Assembly (NCBI GenBank): GCA_050293315.1
Contig: JBNKMS010000016.1
Span: forward strand, 12-64,011
Origin: Sedimenticolaceae bacterium
GTDB taxonomy: Bacteria > Pseudomonadota > Gammaproteobacteria > Chromatiales > Chromatiaceae
DNA length: 64,000 bases
Direction of reading: 5' to 3'
Notes under the pieces: model-generated
What the model was told of the DNA's origin: nothing
What the model saw: only the letters and a program-made list of their open reading frames with translations
The model's database searches: none
Made by a program: the position numbers and the translations under genes
In this document: piece by piece, positions 58,029-64,000 of the stretch
Position numbering within the stretch: the stretch's first letter is position 1
How the letters are laid out: every line of letters starts with the position of its first letter

Positions 58029-59124
58029 GGTGGAGGAGTGCGATCACAAAGGTCTTGTTATAAAACTCGAGGCTGGTACGTCCGTTGCCGCAAACCTCTC
58101 CCATAACCAGCGCGCCCTGGGCGGGCGTGTCTGTAAACTGCTTCAATGTTTTGCCGACCATCTCCAGCTCGGTCGCAAGTTCATCCCCAAGCATCACCGC
58201 CCTGGAGTAACAGTCGGAGATAAAACAGGTGGAAACCTCTTCAGTATGGTCGCACTCAGCCACCGCCTGTTGCGCAGCCTCGATCAATGACTCCTTATTC
58301 CCTTCCGAGATATAGATGGCAGAATTTTCCGGGACGTCAGTAATAAATACAATCTCATCGGCATCGTTGATTGCGAATGGATCGCGCACCACATCTTCAG
58401 CCGACTGTTTGCCGATGCTAAGCGGGAAGCGAGATGCCAGATCGGGAAAGACCGGCTTGCCCTTCAGTTCCGGGGCAAGGGCCTCGACCTCCCGGCGGTA
58501 CAGGGTCCCGGCGGCCTCCCAGTTTAGTTCTTGCACGATCTTGCCCGCGGTTCTGGTGGCGATAAACGGTCCAACCACCCGTTTCCAGCCATGACGTACG
58601 TTTACCGTGGAGGACTGCGGCAGCAGTATCAGCAGACCGCCATGCTTTATAAAGCCGGATTCGGAAAAAATACAGGGCGCCTTGCGCAGATCCCGGTAGC
58701 CAGCGCCCGCGCCTGCATAGTGGATGGTGGTCCCGTATTGATCATAGATAGACTCCATGAAGCCGGTGACCCCAGGCGAATGGCTGTCCATAAACAGGAG
58801 CGCGCTATGGATCTCATCATCTGCCAGTGTTGGCAACGGTGTAACCCAGTTAACCCTGTCCTGCTCCAGGGTTCCTGTAACCAGTTGCGCCTTGGTGTGA
58901 AGAGGTATAGCGATGACCCCGTCATCCCTGCGTTTGGTTCCGTCGATCAACCCCGGGAAGATGCCACCGCAGATGCGCAGACCTTTGTCGCTGGCCGCAG
59001 CAAAAAGGGGAGTTAATTCATCGACATGCCGATCCGAGATACAGAGCAGCCAAAGGGTATTACCAGCCTCTTCCGCACACAGCTTATCCACCAGATCTTC
59101 AGCCGATATAAACGGAAAATACAT
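58021..59124 (-). CDS. FIST-domain sensory protein
   Basis: It has a FIST_N/FIST_C-like architecture by eye (about 370 aa, with a GALVMGEVCGNG tail). It overlaps the downstream GGDEF-EAL gene by 8 nt. The start may be Met18 (59124) or 59175. Confidence 0.6.
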   Translation of the reverse strand: MYFPFISAEDLVDKLCAEEAGNTLWLLCISDRHVDELTPLFAAASDKGLRICGGIFPGLIDGTKRRDDGVIAIPLHTKAQLVTGTLEQDRVNWVTPLPTLADDEIHSALLFMDSHSPGVTGFMESIYDQYGTTIHYAGAGAGYRDLRKAPCIFSESGFIKHGGLLILLPQSSTVNVRHGWKRVVGPFIATRTAGKIVQELNWEAAGTLYRREVEALAPELKGKPVFPDLASRFPLSIGKQSAEDVVRDPFAINDADEIVFITDVPENSAIYISEGNKESLIEAAQQAVAECDHTEEVSTCFISDCYSRAVMLGDELATELEMVGKTLKQFTDTPAQGALVMGEVCGNGRTSLEFYNKTFVIALLHHG

Positions 59125-59339
59125 AATATTCTTGCTTCCCCCGATGGCACTACCCTCCATGGCACAAAGCACCAAGCTAATATAACCGCAGATAAATATA
59201 CGGCTATTTTCGACTGCTTTTTATATTATAGACTCTGAACCCGAGGTGCGCCCGGAGGGACTATTAGGACCCAGGGTTCTCACCTCTGCGGGACCGCCGT
59301 CACACTATATTCTGCGGATCTTAGTAGTCACTATCAACG

Positions 59340-62300
59340 CTAAACAATGGGCATTGGCTTATCCAACAGTGATTCGAACTTGTGCGGTGTGACCGGGTGA
59401 CTGAACAGATATCCCTGATAGGTTGAACAACCGTGCTGCTCCAGAAACTGTTGCTGGGCCTCGGTCTCCACTCCCTCGGCGATTACACTCAGGTTCAGGC
59501 TCTGCGCCATGGTGATAATGGTCTGGGCTATAACCGCATCGTTCTGGCTATGCGGCAGATTCCGGATGAATGATCGGTCGATCTTCAGCTGGTTCAGGGG
59601 CAGGCGCGTCAAATATGACAGTGATGAGAAGCCGGTACCAAAATCATCCAGGGTGAACCCTACCCCCAGTTGCTTGATGGCCTGCATTTTTTCAATTGCG
59701 CCCTCTACGTCGTCCAATAATAGGCTCTCTGTCAGTTCAATCTTCAGCCGCTGCGCGGGGGCCTCCGCCTGTTGCAGGGCAAGCCTCACCTGGTCTACAA
59801 AATCATCCTGCCGAAACTGGCGCGCACTTACATTTATCGCCAGTTTTAACTCTCTGGTACGGGCATCACCCGCCCATGCCTTGAGCTGTCTACATGCGGT
59901 CTGCAACACCCAGCGGCCGACAAGACGAATCAACCCAGTCTCCTCAGCCAGCGGGATGAACTGCCTGGGAAGAACCATGCCTTGCTCCGGGTGATCCCAG
60001 CGAATCAGGGCCTCAGCACCGACAACACCGCGCTCACTATCCACCTGAGGTTGATATAAGAAAACAAACTGCCCCTCCTCAATAGCTCGCCGCAGGTCCG
60101 CCTCCATGGCGGCACGTTCAGCCAGCGCCGCCTGCATCTCCGGATCAAAGAAACGCAGCGTATTACGCCCCTCGGACTTGGCCTGATACATGGCTATGTC
60201 GGCCTGCTTCATCAGTTCGTCAACAGCGCTCTTGCCTCCAGAGAACAGGGTGACGCCCACGCTCGGAGTACTATGGTGCTCATGTCCCGAGATCATATAT
60301 GGCCGGTTCAGCACTGCCATTATCTTTTCACCCACCACCTTGATCTGCGCAACCGCCTCAAGGTTGTTATCGCCCAGGTCGCTTAACATCAGCATAAACT
60401 CGTCGCCGCCGATACGCGAGACGGTATCCCCCTCGCGCACGCAGGTAGTTAGACGCTGCGCCACCTCGACCAACAACTGGTCACCTGCGTCATGCCCCAG
60501 GGTGTCATTCAGGACCTTGAAGTTATCCAGATCGATAAAGAGTAACGCGCCTCTGTGTTGACTGCGTCCTCCGGCAACCAGCGCCTGGTGCAGACGGTCC
60601 AGGAGCAATCTTCTATTCGGCAGCATGGTAAGTGGATCCTGGAAGGCGAGACGCTCAATCTCCTGCTCCGCCTCTTTGCGCCCGGTGATGTCATGGGCCA
60701 CTGATAAAATATATACCTCACCATGTAGAGTTATACTCTTGGCAAAATCGATAACCGTGATAACTTCGCCATCCTTGCGTCGCAGGGTGGTCTCAAAATC
60801 TGAGACCTGCCCATACCTCTCCAACTTCTCGACAAAGATGTCACGATCAAACTTATTCGCCCAGATAGAGAGTTCTGCCGTAGTCTTGCCTATGGACTCA
60901 CTGCGTGAGTACCCCAACATCTGTGTGTATCCATCGTTGACCTCCACGATCGTGCCATCGCTCATTCTGGTAATAGCGATAAGGTTTGGCGATGAATGAA
61001 ATGCTGCTGCAAACTTCTCCTCTGAATCACGCAGGCTTCGTTCCGCGCGGCGACGTTCGATGCGTGCGCGCAACGCCATAATACCGTAGGCCATATCCCC
61101 GGCCAGCTCCTCCAGCAGACGCGTCTCTTCCGATGTAAAGGCGTTTGTGATGGCAGAAAATATATTGAACACACCGAAGGTGTTCTCACCTTCATCTTTC
61201 AAAGGAAGGGAGATACTGGAGCTATAACCATGCTGCAAGGCAACGTTACGCCATGACTGCGTCTCTGGCTCGGTATTGAAATCTTGGATACAGAAGCTCT
61301 CCTCTTTGCGGATTGCAGTTCCGCAGGGGCGACACCCCTGCTCCGTATCGGCCCATGTAAGCTCTACCTGGGATAGATAGCCATCCTCAGACCCCGCCGA
61401 GGCCACAGGGCGGATGCTCTTGGCCTTGTCCTGCTCGACCATCCCCACCCAAGCCATACGGTAACCCGCCTCATCACAGACAATACGGCAGATCTCTTCG
61501 AGTAGCTCCTGCTCGTTTTCGGCCCGCATCAGAGCCTGGTTACAATCACTAATAGCGCGCAACTCCCGATTCAGGCGACGCAACGACTCTTCGTCCCGCT
61601 TACGCTCGGTTATATCGCGTCCGATCGCCATAGCGCCGGTCACAACACCATGTTCATCACGCTCGGGGAGCACGCTCATATTAAAAATCCTGGGCTCCCT
61701 GCCTGGAACAGTGAGTGTTATCTCGAACTCACTGCTCTTGCCACTGGCAAGGGCATCATCCACCGCCTGGGCATATTCCGCGTAATCTTCACCTTGATGA
61801 TATTCGAGTACCGTCTTACCAAGTCTCTCCTCCGCAGAGACACCCAGGGTATTCTCCAGTACCCGGTTTACATATACGGCCCGGCCATCCAGGTTATAAC
61901 GAATGATATTGTCCGGAAGATTTTCCGCCAGGGTACTAAATTTATGTTCGCGTTCTCGCAACAGACGGTCACTGTGCTGACGCCCCAACTCGGCGGAGGC
62001 GCGGGTTGCGACCACCTGCAACACCTGTGCTGCCAACTCGTGCTCGGGGAGGGGCCGGCAACTCAACATGGCTATCAGGCCGATCGGCAATCCGGAGTAG
62101 TCCCAGAGTGGAATGCCGATATATCCCTCTATGCCCATATCAGCCAACAGGACATCATCGGGAAACTGCTGTTGCACACCTTGTTGATATACACACAACT
62201 GCTTCCCTACGACGTTTTCGCATGGCGTGCCCTTAAGGGCATAACGCATATTAGGTGCAATCTCTCCCTTTGCATACAGTGCAACTGTCTTGGCGAAATC

Positions 62301-62528
62301 TGGGTCCTCATCTACTCTATTGATGAGCACGTAATCCATACTCAAGGTATCACCAAGAAACTGCGCGAGGGAGTTAAGAAAGTTATCCGAGCCGGACTGC
62401 CATCCTCGTTGGGCAACGAAGAACAGGGCATCATCCATGATCTTGCGCTTATCTATGTCAGTTAGTCCTGCCATTCTCCTGATACAACTAAATCTCCAAT
62501 ATCGTGACTCAGGACTGTTGGGGTACAC
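59340..62528 (-). CDS. GAF-PAS-GAF-PAS-GGDEF-EAL signalling protein
   Basis: 1062 aa with REGDTVSRIGGDEF, GAEALIRW, DDFGTGFSSL and EGVETE. The start is uncertain (GTG 62528, ATG 62474 or ATG 62438). Confidence 0.85.
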   Translation of the reverse strand: MYPNSPESRYWRFSCIRRMAGLTDIDKRKIMDDALFFVAQRGWQSGSDNFLNSLAQFLGDTLSMDYVLINRVDEDPDFAKTVALYAKGEIAPNMRYALKGTPCENVVGKQLCVYQQGVQQQFPDDVLLADMGIEGYIGIPLWDYSGLPIGLIAMLSCRPLPEHELAAQVLQVVATRASAELGRQHSDRLLREREHKFSTLAENLPDNIIRYNLDGRAVYVNRVLENTLGVSAEERLGKTVLEYHQGEDYAEYAQAVDDALASGKSSEFEITLTVPGREPRIFNMSVLPERDEHGVVTGAMAIGRDITERKRDEESLRRLNRELRAISDCNQALMRAENEQELLEEICRIVCDEAGYRMAWVGMVEQDKAKSIRPVASAGSEDGYLSQVELTWADTEQGCRPCGTAIRKEESFCIQDFNTEPETQSWRNVALQHGYSSSISLPLKDEGENTFGVFNIFSAITNAFTSEETRLLEELAGDMAYGIMALRARIERRRAERSLRDSEEKFAAAFHSSPNLIAITRMSDGTIVEVNDGYTQMLGYSRSESIGKTTAELSIWANKFDRDIFVEKLERYGQVSDFETTLRRKDGEVITVIDFAKSITLHGEVYILSVAHDITGRKEAEQEIERLAFQDPLTMLPNRRLLLDRLHQALVAGGRSQHRGALLFIDLDNFKVLNDTLGHDAGDQLLVEVAQRLTTCVREGDTVSRIGGDEFMLMLSDLGDNNLEAVAQIKVVGEKIMAVLNRPYMISGHEHHSTPSVGVTLFSGGKSAVDELMKQADIAMYQAKSEGRNTLRFFDPEMQAALAERAAMEADLRRAIEEGQFVFLYQPQVDSERGVVGAEALIRWDHPEQGMVLPRQFIPLAEETGLIRLVGRWVLQTACRQLKAWAGDARTRELKLAINVSARQFRQDDFVDQVRLALQQAEAPAQRLKIELTESLLLDDVEGAIEKMQAIKQLGVGFTLDDFGTGFSSLSYLTRLPLNQLKIDRSFIRNLPHSQNDAVIAQTIITMAQSLNLSVIAEGVETEAQQQFLEQHGCSTYQGYLFSHPVTPHKFESLLDKPMPIV

Positions 62529-62644
62529 CTTCTTATAACTGCTATGTGGGCGCCTTTTAAACCTCCAGTGCTAGGCATTTGGGATCAGTGTAATAATAGT
62601 GCTATGAATGATAGTTTTTACACCGATCCTTCATACTTTATTAC

Positions 62645-62812
62645 CTACTGCGTCGGTTTTAATAAATTGCGAGCCTCTAATGCCTCAGTAATGAGTCTAC
62701 GGGCAACCCAGGCAATGGTTCTATCATCCTCCTCAGCCAAAGAACGGATAATCTTATCGGTCTTTGAATCTACCCTAACGGAGATGACAATATCTTTCTT
62801 CGTATCGGTCAT
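62645..62812 (-). CDS. ribbon-helix-helix (CopG/Arc-like) small DNA-binding protein, absent from the ORF track
   Basis: Hand translation gives MTDTKKDIVISVRVDSKTDKIIRSLAEEDDRTIAWVARRLITEALEARNLLKPTQ (55 aa). It shows a beta-strand/helix/helix pattern. The tracked + strand ORF 62544..62840 is its shadow. Confidence 0.6.
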   Translation of the reverse strand: MTDTKKDIVISVRVDSKTDKIIRSLAEEDDRTIAWVARRLITEALEARNLLKPTQ

Positions 62813-62881
62813 GGGCTCACTCACTACTAAGCATGTATAGAATGCTGAGACTGATCAATGGATACAATGAATACATTTTAG

Positions 62882-62915
62882 TTGACTCGCAAGGTTTACA
62901 ATGTATACTTTGTAA
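62882..62915 (+). promoter_or_regulatory. candidate promoter (TTGACT, 16 nt, TATACT) overlapped by the palindrome TTACAA-N8-TTGTAA
   Basis: Read directly. The -35 box is at 62882..62887 and the -10 box at 62904..62909. The palindrome arms are at 62896..62901 and 62910..62915. Confidence 0.45.
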
Positions 62916-62925
62916 GTATTCACGG

Positions 62926-63189
62926 ATGAACAGTATGAAGACAAAAGAGAGCAAGAGAATTCGCAAACTTCAGCGCATGGTCTTGAGGCTATATGATGAA
63001 TATGCCCAATTCACCGATCAATGCGCCTTTCTGTGCGATGCGTTTGCAGCCATTCCAGAAAAACAGGAAATCGTCGAGCCTGAGACTATTGAAGGGATCA
63101 ACCACTACTCCCATTGGCTCAAGACCAGAGTACTGGAGATAAAGGGCGAACTGCACAAAATACATGAGCAATTAAGGGGGCTTACATAA
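62926..63189 (+). CDS. hypothetical protein
   Basis: This is the part of tracked ORF 62833..63189 downstream of the candidate promoter. It starts MNSMKTKESKRIRKLQ. It appears helical and no family was recognised. Confidence 0.4.
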   Translation: MNSMKTKESKRIRKLQRMVLRLYDEYAQFTDQCAFLCDAFAAIPEKQEIVEPETIEGINHYSHWLKTRVLEIKGELHKIHEQLRGLT

Positions 63190-63271
63190 TAATCCGGTCA
63201 CCTGATTCGTAGTTCGATTCAGCGAGCGCGATTTATCTTTTAATATCAATACTATACGGCGCTTGCCAATC

Positions 63272-63321
63272 GCCATTTTCTGCCAAAAACGGCCTAAAAT
63301 TGCCCTATTTTGCCTAAAAGT
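63272..63321. repeat. five tandem 10-bp units GCC-N-(A/T)4-NN (helically phased A/T tracts)
   Basis: The units are gccattttct, gccaaaaacg, gcctaaaatt, gccctatttt and gcctaaaagt, at exactly 10-bp register. Confidence 0.8.
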
Positions 63322-63387
63322 GGTGCAGATCTAGGTACAGATCCGGACCACCCGGTAGTTTATCCCCTCGCCGAAAAATATCGGCGT

Positions 63388-63407
63388 TTGTAGGAATTTT
63401 CCTACAA
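63388..63407. repeat. inverted repeat TTGTAGGAA-TT-TTCCTACAA (perfect 9-bp arms)
   Basis: Read directly. The arms are exact reverse complements. Confidence 0.85.
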
Positions 63408-63538
63408 CTAATGTGGTAATTATAGGTTAATATGGATGCTTATTGTTAACTGCGTCACACAATATCGGAGCCAGCGGCATATTCAGATATCAGTGCTGGT
63501 GTGATGATTACCTGTTTATGTGCAGCAAGTAGCAAACC

Positions 63539-63871
63539 ATGAATATCATCGATAAGTTGAATCGCCACCCTGTCATATTCGCCTTAATGCTGGCGGGGTC
63601 TATCGCATCAATTTACGCGTTAGTCCTAGATGGTGAGTCGCATAACCAAACCTCTGGCGATGGTCACCAGGTTTCTCCAAAGGTCGTCTGTGATGCAAAC
63701 TCCTCTTATAAAGTCGAAGTGGCTGCGAGAGGAGAAGAATCAATCGATCTAGAGGTTGCGTCGGCAGTACGGGACTACTTGAGCGGACAGTGCTACCAAC
63801 TAAAAATGGATATGCCTGGGATGGTCGAACACGATCTCTATATTATGCATTCGCCGGATGCGAGACTGTAA
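63539..63871 (+). CDS. hypothetical membrane-anchored protein (possibly 3'-truncated by IS insertion)
   Basis: 110 aa with one N-terminal TM helix (HPVIFALMLAGSIASIYALVL). Its stop lies 25 nt from the transposase stop. Confidence 0.4.
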   Translation: MNIIDKLNRHPVIFALMLAGSIASIYALVLDGESHNQTSGDGHQVSPKVVCDANSSYKVEVAARGEESIDLEVASAVRDYLSGQCYQLKMDMPGMVEHDLYIMHSPDARL

Positions 63872-63896
63872 ATTCTTCTGTGTAAGTGGCAGTTTG

Positions 63897-64000
63897 TCAC
63901 AGTGACACCCGGTCACCAAATAGAATCATAAATTGTCCCATAGCTTGATTCCAGTCCCGGATCGGCATGGTCCATTTCTTCGAAATTTGATGTAACGCCA
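63897..64000 (-). mobile_element. IS256-family (Mutator-type) transposase gene, 3' end only
   Basis: Reverse-strand translation gives [33 protein letters not shown]-stop. [10 protein letters not shown] is the conserved C-terminal signature of IS256-family transposases. Confidence 0.8.

Noticed and set aside
62544-62840. A 98-aa + strand ORF.
   Set aside because: It is the antisense shadow of the better-supported 55-aa RHH ORF on the minus strand, and it has no RBS or recognisable fold pattern.

Overview
This is a 64-kb chromosomal segment that looks gammaproteobacterial. That is an inference from gene content and synteny (purL-MBL-bamC-dapA/gcvR, DUF502-aspS, gshA-prc, folD). The backbone is mostly housekeeping. 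It includes a beta-oxidation/ETF gene set (thiolase, fused 3-hydroxyacyl-CoA dehydrogenase/enoyl-CoA hydratase, two long acyl-CoA dehydrogenases, etfBA, ETF-QO) with a MerR-family regulator and shared ACGT-core palindromes. It also carries a four-gene tRNA operon (Pro-Arg-His-Lys) with an integration-type scar at tRNA-Lys, next to a HigBA-like toxin-antitoxin pair. The most striking property is a very high density of c-di-GMP and two-component signalling genes. There are five GGDEF proteins, four of them also with EAL, all with intact motifs. There is also a PilZ gene at the end of a PomAB-like stator operon, a receiver protein with a degenerate HD-GYP domain, and a receiver-HDOD protein. Two paralogous periplasmic CxxCH (DUF3365/Tll0287-like) sensor domains are wired to different outputs. 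A FIST gene and a PhnD-like binding-protein gene are each fused in an operon to a GGDEF-EAL gene. A TsdA-like diheme cytochrome, a SulP transporter and a divergent HiPIP gene point to sulfur or redox metabolism. Small AT-richer accessory patches hold a secreted/SGNH/zinc-ribbon/VPLPA-CTERM cluster, an untracked ribbon-helix-helix gene, phased 10-bp repeats, and the 3' end of an IS256-family transposase. I found no rRNA, CRISPR array, integrase or recognisable defence island. All function calls rest on motif recognition by eye, not database searches.
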